In this document: piece after piece, positions 18,097 to 28,584 of the stretch
Numbering within the stretch: position 1 is the first letter of the stretch
Layout: each line of letters begins with the position of its first letter
Origin: an uncultured Bacteroidales bacterium
Lineage (GTDB): Bacteria > Bacteroidota > Bacteroidia > Bacteroidales > F082
Length of the DNA stretch: 64,000 nt
Reading direction: 5' to 3'
Assembly: GCA_937906455.1 (NCBI GenBank)
Contig: CALCYT010000040.1
Location: 6,308-70,307, forward strand
The notes under the pieces: model-generated
Databases searched by the model: none
The model's input: only the letters and a program-made list of their open reading frames with translations
What the model was told of the DNA's origin: nothing
Translations under genes and position numbers: made by a program

Positions 18097-18364
18097 TCGC
18101 CTTATACCCTATTTTCTCAAATGCCTTTTGAAGCTTTTCGATGTCTGTCTTCTCGCTATCATATTGAATTGTAACGAGTTTTGTCTTCAAATCAGGGTTG
18201 ATAGCCTTAACACCTTTTTCAAAACGGATGTTGTTTTTGATGCGGTTCACGCAGCTTTCGCAGTGCATCTCAGGCTCTGTTGAGAACACCACTTCTTTCT
18301 TTGTCTGAGCGTTTGCCAAGACAGCCATAAACATCGCGAACACTAATAAAACTAATTTTTTCAT
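18041..18364 (-). CDS. Secreted heavy-metal-associated (HMA) domain protein
   Basis: 107 aa. Signal peptide MKKLVLLVFAMFMAVLANAQ and metal-binding MHCESC (MxCxxC). Confidence 0.82.
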   Translation of the reverse strand: MKKLVLLVFAMFMAVLANAQTKKEVVFSTEPEMHCESCVNRIKNNIRFEKGVKAINPDLKTKLVTIQYDSEKTDIEKLQKAFEKIGYKAKVVEKSAESGELKVESKE

Positions 18365-18371
18365 ATTGTTG

Positions 18372-20522
18372 TCATTTTGTCATTTTCCATTTTACTCCCG
18401 CATACACCATGATGCCGTCAATCGGACCCCAGATCATCGTGGCGTCGAAGTTGTCGCCCCAAGGGTCATGACAGCCAACGATAGGGTTTTTCTGTTTGAA
18501 ACTTGTGAGATTCTCCCCACCCACATAGATGTTACCCCAGCGGAACCATTTGGTTATCTGTGCGTTAAGAATCTGATAAGGTTTAAAATCGCCGTATGGC
18601 TCCGGCATTCTGCCTCCGCCGTTTAACTGCAATGTGACGTCGAACTGCCATATCTCAAGCGGGGTTTTGTACGAAGCCGTCAGCAAGCCTTTGTAACGAC
18701 TTGTCAAAGGCTTCTCCCGAAGCATCCCGTTGATAGTTGTACGCACATCGTTGAGTCTGAAAGCTACCAAGAGTGAGAAGCCCTCGAAAAACGGGTATTT
18801 CGCATCGATTTGCAGCGTATGCGAGAACGATTTTCCGTCAAGGTTGTAAAAACGCACCTCGTGAGCATCACTGTCGAGGTCGGTGACGACCTGATTCATG
18901 AAATCGGTGTAAAAATATTCCACGTTGATATTCAAATCCTTATGAAAGATTTCAAAGTCAAGAGACACACTTGCGCCATAGTTCCACGCCTCCTCCTGTT
19001 TCAGATTGTCGTCAACAATTATTTGACGGCTACTTGCCAAAAGGTTGTGGTTCTCGAGCATAGGGCGTGACGTACGATAGCCTTTACCTGCCGAAAGACG
19101 CAGTTTCAGGTGCTCATCGACAGTCCATTTTGCATGGGTGCGAGGTGTGAAAAATGCACCATAAATATCGCTGTAATCACCACGAAAACCTGCCATAAGC
19201 ACAAGTTTCTCGTCGAGGTTGAAAGTGTATTGCGCATAGGCACCGCCCACGTTTTCGTCATTCAGGATGTCAAACCCATCATGATTGAACGACAATCCTG
19301 CCGAGAGGTTGTGCCGCGGCGTGAAATCGGTCTCGAAAAGCAGCTGCGCGTATGCGTTGTTCTCTTCAACGTCGTATCGCCTCAAACCATACAACGCATT
19401 CATATTATGATACGAACCCGACAAAATCAGAGCTACATTAGTGTTGTGCGCGTCGTCGATTATGAAGGCGTTTTTCAAAAATCCTTCATAGCGTTCCGTC
19501 CCGATATCTATCCTATACAATTGATTGTCAATGAGTAAGGTTTTAGAATGATTATGTGCGTCCTCCATCTGACCGCCTGTCCTGTCTTCTTTCAAGGCTT
19601 TCACGGCGGCTTGCATTATATAATGGGGTGTACGGTACATCCAACGGTTCATCACGTCAAACTGCTGTACTTTCGGCATATCCATGAAGCCGTCGCCGTT
19701 GCCGTCATGCTCAAGGAAGGCATTCTCGTAATGCGCTAATAATCCGCTACTTAGCTTGTCATTAAGATGCAGGTTCCCTTCAATATTCGACTCAAGTTTC
19801 AGCCGGCTGTCGAGATAAAGATTCACATCGAGTGTCTCTTCCGACTGAGGCTTAAGGTATTCCACATTGATTTGTCCTGTCACCGACTCATAGCCGTTTT
19901 TCACTGTGGCGGCGCCTTTCGACACCTGTATCGACTGCATCCAGGGTCCCGGTATATAGCCGAGCGCAAATGGTGCTGCGGCGCCTCTGAATGCCGGCAC
20001 ATTCTCCGTCATCATCTGCACGTAAGTGCCTGACAATCCGAGGAGTCTTATCTGTTTGGCACCGGTGGCGGCATCGGTGTAGTTCACGTCAACAGATGGG
20101 TTGGTGGTGAAGCTCTCGCCGAGGTTGCAGCAGGCGGCGCGCACCAACTCGGTGTTGGAAATTATCTCGATATTCTGGGCTCCTTTTGCTTTCATAATGC
20201 CCGGTCGCGAGGCTTTCACAACAACATCGTCCAAGTCAACGCCGGCAATCATCGTAATCTCCACAAAGTCGGCGCCGTTCCATAGGGTGGTGTCGTTTTT
20301 ATAGCCTACATACGTCGTAACTATCTCGTTTACATCAGGTTGTGATTCTAAAATGAATTTACCGTCACCATCGGTCATCACGCCGATATTAGTGCCTTTC
20401 CACACAACATTGGCCGCCACAAGTGCGTTGCCTTGGGTGTCTTTGACGACTCCCATGACCTGCGCCACCGACGAAAACGCGCTCAACAAGGCGAAAACCG
20501 ATGTCAACACTGACTTTTTCAT
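18372..20522 (-). CDS. TonB-dependent receptor with an N-terminal carboxypeptidase-regulatory-like domain
   Basis: 716 aa. Signal peptide, GVVKD..G..L..ANVV CarbopepD-reg-like start, plug region, and a beta-barrel ending in an aromatic-rich C-terminus. Confidence 0.85.
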   Translation of the reverse strand: MKKSVLTSVFALLSAFSSVAQVMGVVKDTQGNALVAANVVWKGTNIGVMTDGDGKFILESQPDVNEIVTTYVGYKNDTTLWNGADFVEITMIAGVDLDDVVVKASRPGIMKAKGAQNIEIISNTELVRAACCNLGESFTTNPSVDVNYTDAATGAKQIRLLGLSGTYVQMMTENVPAFRGAAAPFALGYIPGPWMQSIQVSKGAATVKNGYESVTGQINVEYLKPQSEETLDVNLYLDSRLKLESNIEGNLHLNDKLSSGLLAHYENAFLEHDGNGDGFMDMPKVQQFDVMNRWMYRTPHYIMQAAVKALKEDRTGGQMEDAHNHSKTLLIDNQLYRIDIGTERYEGFLKNAFIIDDAHNTNVALILSGSYHNMNALYGLRRYDVEENNAYAQLLFETDFTPRHNLSAGLSFNHDGFDILNDENVGGAYAQYTFNLDEKLVLMAGFRGDYSDIYGAFFTPRTHAKWTVDEHLKLRLSAGKGYRTSRPMLENHNLLASSRQIIVDDNLKQEEAWNYGASVSLDFEIFHKDLNINVEYFYTDFMNQVVTDLDSDAHEVRFYNLDGKSFSHTLQIDAKYPFFEGFSLLVAFRLNDVRTTINGMLREKPLTSRYKGLLTASYKTPLEIWQFDVTLQLNGGGRMPEPYGDFKPYQILNAQITKWFRWGNIYVGGENLTSFKQKNPIVGCHDPWGDNFDATMIWGPIDGIMVYAGVKWKMTK

Positions 20523-20539
20523 TTCAATTAATCAGCAAA

Positions 20540-22066
20540 TCATTTGTTTCTTTTCAAACCTATTAACTTTTCAATTATCTCATTAACCTCTTTGGAAATT
20601 TTTGATAAGTATATGATTGTCAATCCTATGACCAATAATATTACGGTTCTCAAGACTGCCTCCACAATCTCGCCAATCATTCCGTCTCCAAGAAGGCTGA
20701 TTATATAGCCTGCGACATATCTCGTTGATAACCAATTTAATACAAACATAACAATCATCATGCCGATTACGACCAACTCCTTCCATGAAAATGGCGATAT
20801 TTTTGTTTTCCAAATTATCATCGACAGCAGAAGCAGGTAATAAATTGAGAATGAAATGATTGACGACCAGGCCGCACCGGTCATTCCTAAAATCGGTATC
20901 AGCTTGTTGTTCAATATGATAGCTATTGTTGTCAGAATAGCAGTGAACACCAGTTGAAGGTAATACCATCTTGAATAACTTAGAACGGTGACGCCGATAT
21001 TTAGCGATGAATTGACCAATTTCGCAAGTCCCAACAGGAAAAACACCCATTTTCCGTCAACATATTTGTCGCCATTCGGTAGCAGTTCGAAAAACAAGTC
21101 GATGTTTATCCATATGATGAAAAACACTAATGCCCCGGCAATAAGCTGGTGCAGTGAGACGCTCTTGCACATCATGGAAGCACGTTGAGTATCATTGTCT
21201 TTCATCGACTGCGAGATTATCGGGCGAGAAATGGCCGACAAAGAGCGGTAAGGCATCTCCACCAGATTAGCCATATACGCCGCTATGGTGTAAATTCCGG
21301 TGATGGCAAGTCCCATTTTGGCTGAGATGAAGAAAGTGTTAAGGCTCGGGATGATGTTGCCTACGACGGCCGCCACCGTGAGAAACAGAGTGTAAAACAG
21401 GAAATCCTTGCGCAGCCATTTCGACACATAGCCTTTCTCAATCTTAAAGGAAATTCGAGATAAACTCAGTAAATATATGATATTCAAAAGTGTAGCGACA
21501 AGATAAACCAAACATAGCCCTATCACCATACCGTCCAAGCTGATGACGCCTGTGATGTATAAGATATAGTCGCCGAGGGTGAGCAGCCTCACTCCCACTT
21601 CGCGGACAAATTTCGGCACCACGATGCGCATCAACAGGTTGGCGTTGGTCTCAAACACCGTCATGTACATCATGAAAAACGCCATGGGGATGACGAGGTA
21701 CATGTAATCGACAAACAGTGGTGATTCATTGCTGAACTTGTTGATTATGAAGTCTTTAAAGACAAAAAACAGTGTTGTGAAAACAACAAAGCCGATTGCA
21801 GGCACGATGATTGTCCATCCGAAGAAGCCATGGTCGCGGCTGTCACTGTCCTTGAAATACGGATAATAGCGCATCGCCGAGGTGTTGGTGCCTAAAGCGG
21901 CGAGTCCCGACAAGAGCAATGCCGCGTCTGCCATGACACGGGTGAGACCTATCTCCTCCTGCGTGAGATATTTTGTCATCACGAAGAAGGTGGTGATAAA
22001 CCCCACGGCGACGCCGATGTAGTTCATCAACGTGCCTTTGATGCTCTGTCGTACTACTATGCCCAT
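20540..22066 (-). CDS. Oligosaccharide/polysaccharide flippase (MOP superfamily, Wzx-like)
   Basis: 508 aa and very hydrophobic, with roughly 12-14 predicted TM segments. Confidence 0.75.
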   Translation of the reverse strand: MGIVVRQSIKGTLMNYIGVAVGFITTFFVMTKYLTQEEIGLTRVMADAALLLSGLAALGTNTSAMRYYPYFKDSDSRDHGFFGWTIIVPAIGFVVFTTLFFVFKDFIINKFSNESPLFVDYMYLVIPMAFFMMYMTVFETNANLLMRIVVPKFVREVGVRLLTLGDYILYITGVISLDGMVIGLCLVYLVATLLNIIYLLSLSRISFKIEKGYVSKWLRKDFLFYTLFLTVAAVVGNIIPSLNTFFISAKMGLAITGIYTIAAYMANLVEMPYRSLSAISRPIISQSMKDNDTQRASMMCKSVSLHQLIAGALVFFIIWINIDLFFELLPNGDKYVDGKWVFFLLGLAKLVNSSLNIGVTVLSYSRWYYLQLVFTAILTTIAIILNNKLIPILGMTGAAWSSIISFSIYYLLLLSMIIWKTKISPFSWKELVVIGMMIVMFVLNWLSTRYVAGYIISLLGDGMIGEIVEAVLRTVILLVIGLTIIYLSKISKEVNEIIEKLIGLKRNK

Positions 22067-23040
22067 CTGTTTCTCAAGATATTTTTGATGAAGTTGCGTG
22101 TCGGATAATTCTCGTCATTGAGGACGTGATATAACTCCCTCATCAACGGGAAACATTCTATATCCAATTGGTTGTCAAGGATTTTATTATAGAAGACATC
22201 CACTGCTATCCTGCCTTCGAGAACCACGTCCTGACCTATGCTCGCGTTGAAGAATCCTTTGCCGATAAGCAGTCCGAGTGTGCGGTTGCGGCTCATGTCG
22301 TTGAGTGCGGTTAGTGAGAAATCGCCGAAGCCACAGTATTTGTACATGGTGCGTTCCTCGCCTCCGAAAAATGTCATCAGCTGACGCATCTCATTGAGTG
22401 CCATGGTGATAAAGATGGAACGCAGGTTCGCCGAGTCGAAGTTGGCATCGACGATGCCGATGACTATGGCGTAGATGTTTTTCAAGATGGAGGCGTATTC
22501 AACGCCGGTGACGTCAGTGGTGAAATCGGTGCGGATGACGGTACCTTCAAATATGTCGGTGATTATCCGGTACAGCTCCTCGTCTTTTGACGCCGCCGTC
22601 AGACCGGTGTCCTGGCGGTTGATTATCTCGCGAGCGAAAGAAGGACCTTTCAGTGTCACAAAAGGATTGAAAATGAATGATTTGATGCTCTCCGGAATGA
22701 TGTCATCGCCGTTGCCGAAGCCTTTTGCCAGATTTATCATAAGAGCCTTCGGATTGATGTAATCCTTGTTTTCCTTCAGGTAGCCCACCACGGCCGTCGA
22801 GGGAATGGCAAGAAAAATTACATCGGCTTCATGCAGGACGCTCTTGTCACCGGTGGCGCGCAGGTTTTCATTAAGCCTGCATTTCGGGAAATAAGAGGTG
22901 TTGACGTGCATGGTGTTGACCATCTCAATCACCTCATCCTCAATGGATAACAGAAATATCTCATCTTTATTTCTCGCTGCGAGAACATCGCCTATCGCCG
23001 TCGCTATGGCACCGCTTCCGATAAATACAATCTTTCGCAT
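22057..23040 (-). CDS. gpsA: NAD(P)H-dependent glycerol-3-phosphate dehydrogenase
   Basis: Rossmann motif MRKIVFIGSGAIATAIG. I prefer the ATG at 23040, because the TTG at 23058 listed in the track lies inside the TACTTTTG -7 box. Confidence 0.82.
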   Translation of the reverse strand: MRKIVFIGSGAIATAIGDVLAARNKDEIFLLSIEDEVIEMVNTMHVNTSYFPKCRLNENLRATGDKSVLHEADVIFLAIPSTAVVGYLKENKDYINPKALMINLAKGFGNGDDIIPESIKSFIFNPFVTLKGPSFAREIINRQDTGLTAASKDEELYRIITDIFEGTVIRTDFTTDVTGVEYASILKNIYAIVIGIVDANFDSANLRSIFITMALNEMRQLMTFFGGEERTMYKYCGFGDFSLTALNDMSRNRTLGLLIGKGFFNASIGQDVVLEGRIAVDVFYNKILDNQLDIECFPLMRELYHVLNDENYPTRNFIKNILRNRWA

Positions 23041-23083
23041 TATACAAAATTTTTGCAAAAGTACGAAAAAAAAGTTTAATAGC

Positions 23084-24046
23084 TTAATAGTTTAACGGTT
23101 TATTTGTTTTTTCCGCCAACAACTTATTTTCAGCCAAGAATATCGACGCGTCAAGCTCATAGCCAATCATCACTATGATACAGTTTATGTAAATCCACAT
23201 CATGAAGATGATGATACCGCCGATGGAGCCGTAGAGTGCGTTGTATCTTGAGAAATTGACGATGTAATAATTAAATCCGACGGTTCCCACGATGAAAAGC
23301 AGGGTAAACATTATCGTTCCAGGTGTAAACAAGCGGAATTTCCAGTTTTTATTGGGGTTTCCATAATAATAAAGCACCGAAATGGCCACAAGCAACGCAA
23401 ACACTATCAGAAGCCATCTGAATATGTTTATCAGAGTGATAATGAATGTATTATAAAAGTGTATCTTATTGAAAAACCAAGGCAGCACGTCGTTTCCGAT
23501 GATTATCAGCACCACTGACAGTATCAGAAGCAGTCCGATGAGCAGTGTGACGAGCAAGGCTCTGGTCTGCATTTGGATGAACGACATCTTTCCCAAATGG
23601 TTGATGCCCATGTCGAATCCGCGAAAGAAGGCGCGGACGGCTCCCGAGCTGAAGTAAAACGCCATGATGATACCTATCGACATCAGGGTGTTATGCTGTC
23701 GCGACATTATCTCGTCGATGGCATACACCACCCTTCCGGCGATATTAGTGGGTACAAACTCCTGGATCATGCCGACTATCATGTCGCGGACACCTTCGAG
23801 AGGGAGATATGGTATGAAGGTGAAAAGCACCATGACGGCGGGAAACACGGCCAAAATCACGTTGAATGCCACCGCTGCGGCGCGGTCGGTGAGGTAGCCC
23901 TTCGAGAAACCGTTGATGAAATACCACAGCACGTCGTAAATAGGCTTGCCATGAAACCCGGGCAGCGTGATGGATTTCAGCCATCGCACAGCCTTAACCT
24001 CCAAATATTTGGCTTTGCGCCTGTATTTTCCAATGTTGATTTTCAT
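23084..24046 (-). CDS. YihY/BrkB family membrane protein
   Basis: 320 aa. DRAAAVAFNVILAVFPAVMVLF followed by multiple TM segments. Confidence 0.8.
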   Translation of the reverse strand: MKINIGKYRRKAKYLEVKAVRWLKSITLPGFHGKPIYDVLWYFINGFSKGYLTDRAAAVAFNVILAVFPAVMVLFTFIPYLPLEGVRDMIVGMIQEFVPTNIAGRVVYAIDEIMSRQHNTLMSIGIIMAFYFSSGAVRAFFRGFDMGINHLGKMSFIQMQTRALLVTLLIGLLLILSVVLIIIGNDVLPWFFNKIHFYNTFIITLINIFRWLLIVFALLVAISVLYYYGNPNKNWKFRLFTPGTIMFTLLFIVGTVGFNYYIVNFSRYNALYGSIGGIIIFMMWIYINCIIVMIGYELDASIFLAENKLLAEKTNKPLNY

Positions 24047-24084
24047 TGCCGATATTTAAAAACGCAAAATTATAAAATTTTTAC

Positions 24085-24092
24085 TATCTTTG
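24085..24092 (+). promoter_or_regulatory. -7 box (TATCTTTG) for the rseC-like gene
   Basis: ttacTATCTTTGcagaaaaa, 18 nt upstream of the ATG at 24110. Confidence 0.5.
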
Positions 24093-24109
24093 CAGAAAAA
24101 TTTTTTGAT

Positions 24110-24517
24110 ATGGAGAAGCTCGTCTCACATCCCGGTGTAGTGGTTGGAATCAACGACAAAGACCTTGAAATAGAGATACTTAGCGCAAGCTCATGTGGCT
24201 CGTGCGGCATAAAGTCGGCATGCGGCATGTCGGAGATGCAGGAGAAACGTGTGACGGCGCCCAAGCCCTCAGACAAGGAATTCGTTGTGGGTCAGCCTGT
24301 CAGCATCGTCATGAGCACTAAGATGGGCAACAAAGCGGCTTTGATAGCATATTTCATCCCCTCTTTGATAATCATCATGGTGACGGTTATCTTATGCGGC
24401 TACCTCAAAGACTGGCTCGCAGCTCTTATCGGCATAGGGTCTTTCGCAGTTTACTACCTGATTGTTTATCTGTTCAGAGACAAGCTTTGGAAGGAGTTCC
24501 ATTACGAGATACGATGA
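24110..24517 (+). CDS. rseC: RseC/MucC-family (SoxR-reducing-system) membrane protein
   Basis: 135 aa. Cys cluster SCGSCGIKSACG followed by two TM helices. This is only the last 135 codons of the 23573..24517 ORF in the track. Confidence 0.75.
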   Translation: MEKLVSHPGVVVGINDKDLEIEILSASSCGSCGIKSACGMSEMQEKRVTAPKPSDKEFVVGQPVSIVMSTKMGNKAALIAYFIPSLIIIMVTVILCGYLKDWLAALIGIGSFAVYYLIVYLFRDKLWKEFHYEIR

Positions 24518-24722
24518 GGATTTCATAAAAATGAATCGTGCTGTTTTTTCAAATTTACGCAATAACGCAGGCTCAAATATCGGCGTCGTAAACGAACGAT
24601 GAGGACTGCGAGACATTTCGCCATTTTTGACCATATTTCATATAAAACGCCCGCTTTGTCTTTCTTTATTAACGACTTGCATTTTTTGTAAAATTTTCCT
24701 TGTATAATTAATATAAATTCAG

Positions 24723-24730
24723 TAATTTTG
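24723..24730 (+). promoter_or_regulatory. -7 box (TAATTTTG) for rnfB
   Basis: cagTAATTTTGcatcgctaaaaatATG. Confidence 0.5.
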
Positions 24731-24743
24731 CATCGCTAAAAAT

Positions 24744-25655
24744 ATGTTTTGTTTTATGAGTAACATTTTACTATGGTCCCTTGTGATTCTGGGAATTTTA
24801 GGAGGAGTGGCGGCGGTGATATTGTTCTTCGTCGCGAAGAAGTTCAAGGTTGAGGAGAACCCTCTCATCGACGAGGTGGAGTCGGCATTGGCCGGAGCCA
24901 ACTGTGGTGGCTGCGGTTTCGCAGGATGCCGCAACTTCGCCGAGGCATGTGTGAAAGCCGCTGCCGAGAAAAGGAGTCTCTCCGGCTTGAACTGTCCCAG
25001 CTCCGACATGTCGAAGGTAGCCGGATTGCTTGGGCTTACCGTCACCGTTGCCGAGCCTATGATTGCTGTGGTTCGTTGCAACGGCACTTGTGAGAACGCA
25101 CCGTCGAAGGTGCATTATGAAGGTGCCGACATCTGCGGCTTTGCCAACACCTTGTATGCCGGCGAGAACGGATGTCCTAACGGATGCTTAGGCTTGGGCG
25201 ACTGCGTGAAGAAATGCCAGTTCGACGCCCTTCACATCAATGCCGAGACGGGTCTTCCCGAGGTTGACGAGGACAAATGTGTGGGCTGCGGCGCCTGCGC
25301 CAAGACATGTCCTCGCGGCGTCATCGAGATTCGCGCCAAAGGCAAGAACAACCGCAGGGTTTATGTGGCGTGCAACAACATCGAGAAAGGTGCCATCGCC
25401 ATGAAGAACTGCAAGGTGAGCTGCATAGGCTGCCAGAAGTGCTTCAAGACATGCCCGTTTGAGGCCATCGAGATGCGTGGCAGCCTCGCCTATATCGACT
25501 TCACCAAATGCAAACAGTGCCGCAAGTGCGTCGAGGCATGCCCTCGCGGAAGCATCCATGAGGTGAATTTCCCGCCAAGGAAACCGAAGGTGGAGACACC
25601 TGCGGAAGAGAAAACAGCAGAAAAAATTGTACAACCAAACGAAAGTAAAGAATAA
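24744..25655 (+). CDS. rnfB: Rnf electron transport complex subunit B
   Basis: 303 aa. N-terminal TM, CGGCGFAGC motif, and several 4Fe-4S motifs (CVGCGACAKTCP, CIGCQKCFKTCP, CKQCRKCVEACP). Confidence 0.9.
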   Translation: MFCFMSNILLWSLVILGILGGVAAVILFFVAKKFKVEENPLIDEVESALAGANCGGCGFAGCRNFAEACVKAAAEKRSLSGLNCPSSDMSKVAGLLGLTVTVAEPMIAVVRCNGTCENAPSKVHYEGADICGFANTLYAGENGCPNGCLGLGDCVKKCQFDALHINAETGLPEVDEDKCVGCGACAKTCPRGVIEIRAKGKNNRRVYVACNNIEKGAIAMKNCKVSCIGCQKCFKTCPFEAIEMRGSLAYIDFTKCKQCRKCVEACPRGSIHEVNFPPRKPKVETPAEEKTAEKIVQPNESKE

Positions 25656-25658
25656 CGT

Positions 25659-27008
25659 ATGAATCCGATTAAGACATTTCCCAAAGGTGGCGTTCATCCG
25701 GAAGAGAACAAGCTTTCGTCGGACCAGCCCATCATAACATTTGAGATACCCAAACAGGTCATCATCCCGCTCGGACAATGCCTTGGCGCGCCGGCAGAGC
25801 CTATCGTGGCGAAAGGCGACAAGGTGAAGGTGGGACAGCTCATCGCCACGGCGAAAGGCTTCATCAGCGCCAACGTACACTCGTCAGTGAGCGGCACTGT
25901 CAACAAGATCGACGAGGTGATGGACCACACCGGCTATCGCAAGCCCGCCATCTTCATCGACGTGGACGGCGACGAGTGGCTCGAAGGCATCGACACCAGC
26001 GACACCTTAATAAAAGATATCACACTCTCAAGCGAAGAGATTATAGAACGCATCAAACAACACGGCATAGTGGGTCTCGGCGGCGCCACATTCCCCACAT
26101 ATGTCAAGTTGATGATACCGAAAGACAAGAAGGCCGAGTACGTCATCATCAACGCGGCGGAATGCGAGCCTTACCTCACCTGCGACAACCGTCTGCTGCT
26201 CGAGAAGCCATACGAGTTCCTCGTGGGTGTGAAAGTTATCATGAAGGCTGTCAACGCACCAAAAGGCGTGGTCGGCATCGAGGTCAACAAGATTGAAGCC
26301 GCAAAGAAACTCGACGAGATCGTCAAGAACGACAGCTACTTCGAGGGTATTGAGATTCAGCCGTTGAAGACGAAATACCCACAGGGCGGCGAGAAACAAC
26401 TCATCAAATCGGTCACGGGACGCGAGGTGCCGTCAGGCAAGCTGCCTATCGAGACAGGCTGCGTGGTGGTCAACGTGGCTTCCACATTCGCCATCTACGA
26501 GGCGGTGCAGAAGAACAAACCATTAGTATATCGTGTCGTCACCGTGACGGGAAAATCGGTAAAGAAGCCGTCGAACTTCCTCACGAGGATAGGGACACCT
26601 GCCAATCTGCTCATCGAGGCGGCCGGCGGACTCCCGGAAGACACCGCCAACCTCATCAACGGCGGCCCAATGATGGGTAAGTCGGTGAGCGTCACCACCT
26701 TCCCTACCATCAAAGGCACATCAGGCATCTTGATGCTCAACGTGAGAGACGCACAGCCCCGCAAGGTGAGCAACTGCATACGCTGCGGCAAGTGCATGAG
26801 TGCCTGCCCGATGGGGCTTGAGCCATATCTGCTTAACCGTCTGGCACGACAGAACAACTTCGAGGAGACGGAGAAACACAATATCATGGACTGCATAGAA
26901 TGCGGCTCATGCGAGTTCACGTGTCCTGCCAACATCCCGCTCGCCGACTATATCCGTTACGGCAAGACGAAGACAGGACAATTAATACGTTCACGTAATC
27001 AGAAATAG
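25659..27008 (+). CDS. rnfC: Rnf complex subunit C
   Basis: 449 aa. GIVGLGGATFPT, IINAAECEPYLTCD, and two 4Fe-4S motifs CIRCGKCMSACP and CIECGSCEFTCP. Confidence 0.92.
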   Translation: MNPIKTFPKGGVHPEENKLSSDQPIITFEIPKQVIIPLGQCLGAPAEPIVAKGDKVKVGQLIATAKGFISANVHSSVSGTVNKIDEVMDHTGYRKPAIFIDVDGDEWLEGIDTSDTLIKDITLSSEEIIERIKQHGIVGLGGATFPTYVKLMIPKDKKAEYVIINAAECEPYLTCDNRLLLEKPYEFLVGVKVIMKAVNAPKGVVGIEVNKIEAAKKLDEIVKNDSYFEGIEIQPLKTKYPQGGEKQLIKSVTGREVPSGKLPIETGCVVVNVASTFAIYEAVQKNKPLVYRVVTVTGKSVKKPSNFLTRIGTPANLLIEAAGGLPEDTANLINGGPMMGKSVSVTTFPTIKGTSGILMLNVRDAQPRKVSNCIRCGKCMSACPMGLEPYLLNRLARQNNFEETEKHNIMDCIECGSCEFTCPANIPLADYIRYGKTKTGQLIRSRNQK

Positions 27009-27010
27009 CT

Positions 27011-27970
27011 ATGAATCAGTTGACAATATCAGGTTCTCCTCATGTTCACGGAGAGCTAAGCGTTAAAAAAATAATGTACATGGTGATTCTCGCCCTCATG
27101 CCGGCGTTTGCTGTCTCAGTGTACTTCTTCGGATTTAACGCAATCCGAGTGACTTTGATTTCAGTGGCGACATGTGTGCTCACTGAGTTCTTAATCCAGA
27201 AATATCTCATGAAGGGCGAGTGCACCATCAGCGACGGCTCCGCCATCCTGACAGGTATCTTGTTGGCTTTCAACGTGCCGAGCAACATCCCGTGGTGGAT
27301 GGTCGTGGTCGGCGGCATCGTCGCCATAGGCATCGCCAAGATGTCGTTCGGCGGCTTGGGCAAGAACCCGTTCAACCCGGCATTGGTAGGCCGTGTGTTC
27401 ATGCTCATCTCCTTCCCTGTCGCGATGACGACATGGCCGGTGCCGAGACAAAACTTCTGGTCGGTTGATGTGATTACCGGTCCTACCACTTTGGGTCTTC
27501 TCAAAGAAGGCGGCGCGGAGGCAGTGAGCAACATCAACTACTGGGACATGCTCATCGGCAACACCGGCGGCTCTTTCGGTGAGATGTGTGCCATCGCCTT
27601 GATAATCGGAGGACTGTTCCTCATCATCATGAAGATAATCGACTGGCAGACGCCTGTCATCATCATCGCCACGGTGGCGTTGGTGTCGTGCATCTGCTGG
27701 CTCATCGACCCTGGCACATACGTCAACCCGTTGTACCACATCCTCAGCGGCGGCTTGATGCTCGGAGCCTTCTTCATGGCCACCGACATGGTGACATCAC
27801 CGATGACGATAGCGGGCAAGTGCATCTTCGCCTTGGGCGTGGGTCTGCTCACCATCATAATTCGTCTGTGGGGTCAGTATCCTGAAGGGATGTCGTTTGC
27901 GATTCTTATCATGAACGCAGTGGTGCCGCTCATCAACAAAGGTTTCAAACCAAAACGTTTTGGAGTGTAG
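27011..27970 (+). CDS. rnfD: Rnf complex subunit D
   Basis: 319 aa polytopic protein. NqrB/RnfD family with the FMN-attachment context FFMATDMVTSP. Confidence 0.9.
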   Translation: MNQLTISGSPHVHGELSVKKIMYMVILALMPAFAVSVYFFGFNAIRVTLISVATCVLTEFLIQKYLMKGECTISDGSAILTGILLAFNVPSNIPWWMVVVGGIVAIGIAKMSFGGLGKNPFNPALVGRVFMLISFPVAMTTWPVPRQNFWSVDVITGPTTLGLLKEGGAEAVSNINYWDMLIGNTGGSFGEMCAIALIIGGLFLIIMKIIDWQTPVIIIATVALVSCICWLIDPGTYVNPLYHILSGGLMLGAFFMATDMVTSPMTIAGKCIFALGVGLLTIIIRLWGQYPEGMSFAILIMNAVVPLINKGFKPKRFGV

Positions 27971-27996
27971 TTGTTGAATCTTAAAATTTTGAAATT

Positions 27997-28584
27997 ATGG
28001 CAAAGAAAGAATCAACATTAAAGAACATGCTCATCGCCCTGATGGTCATCACCATAGTGTCGGGCGGAGTGCTCGGATATATCTACGGCCTTACGAAGCC
28101 TGCCATCGACCAGGTTGAGGCCAATAAGAACATCAAAGCCATCAACGAGGTTTTGAAGACAGATGTCGCAATAGCGAAGACAGAGACCATAGTCATTGAC
28201 GACTTGACGTACAACCTGGCGTTTGATGCCGACGAACAATTCATCGGAGCGGCTGTCAAGACTTATTCCAAGAACGGTTTTGGCGGCAGAATCGAGCTGA
28301 TGGTCGGCATGCTCGCCAACGGTAATATTAATAAGGTGTCGGTTTTGTCGCAGACCGAGACACCCGGTTTGGGTGCCAACATGGTCAACGACAAGTTCAA
28401 AGGACAGTTCGACGGCAAGAACCCCGCCACTTTCAGGCTGAAGGTGAAGAAAGACGGCGGTGATGTCGATGCCATAACAGCCGCGACAATAAGTTCAAGA
28501 GCCTTCTCTGAGGCCGTGGACCTGGCCGTGAGAGGCTTTGAGTCAAACAAAGACCAATTCATGAAAGGAGGAAACAATGAGTAA
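27997..28584 (+). CDS. rnfG: Rnf complex subunit G
   Basis: 195 aa. N-terminal TM and FMN-binding motif [10 protein letters not shown]. Confidence 0.88.
   Translation: MAKKESTLKNMLIALMVITIVSGGVLGYIYGLTKPAIDQVEANKNIKAINEVLKTDVAIAKTETIVIDDLTYNLAFDADEQFIGAAVKTYSKNGFGGRIELMVGMLANGNINKVSVLSQTETPGLGANMVNDKFKGQFDGKNPATFRLKVKKDGGDVDAITAATISSRAFSEAVDLAVRGFESNKDQFMKGGNNE

Noticed and set aside
23573-24517. A 314-aa + strand ORF.
   Set aside because: Its first 179 codons are antisense to the YihY/BrkB gene and look like shadow sequence rich in His, Gly and Asp. A TATCTTTG box and the ATG at 24110 define the real 135-aa RseC-like gene.
24518-24743. The 226-bp rseC / rnfB spacer and the 80-aa minus ORF 24392..24634, considered as a possible sRNA or riboswitch or a small gene.
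   Set aside because: I could not find a convincing conserved-looking structure beyond a weak hairpin plus T-run after rseC and the rnfB -7 box. The ORF overlaps rseC antisense and has no promoter box.
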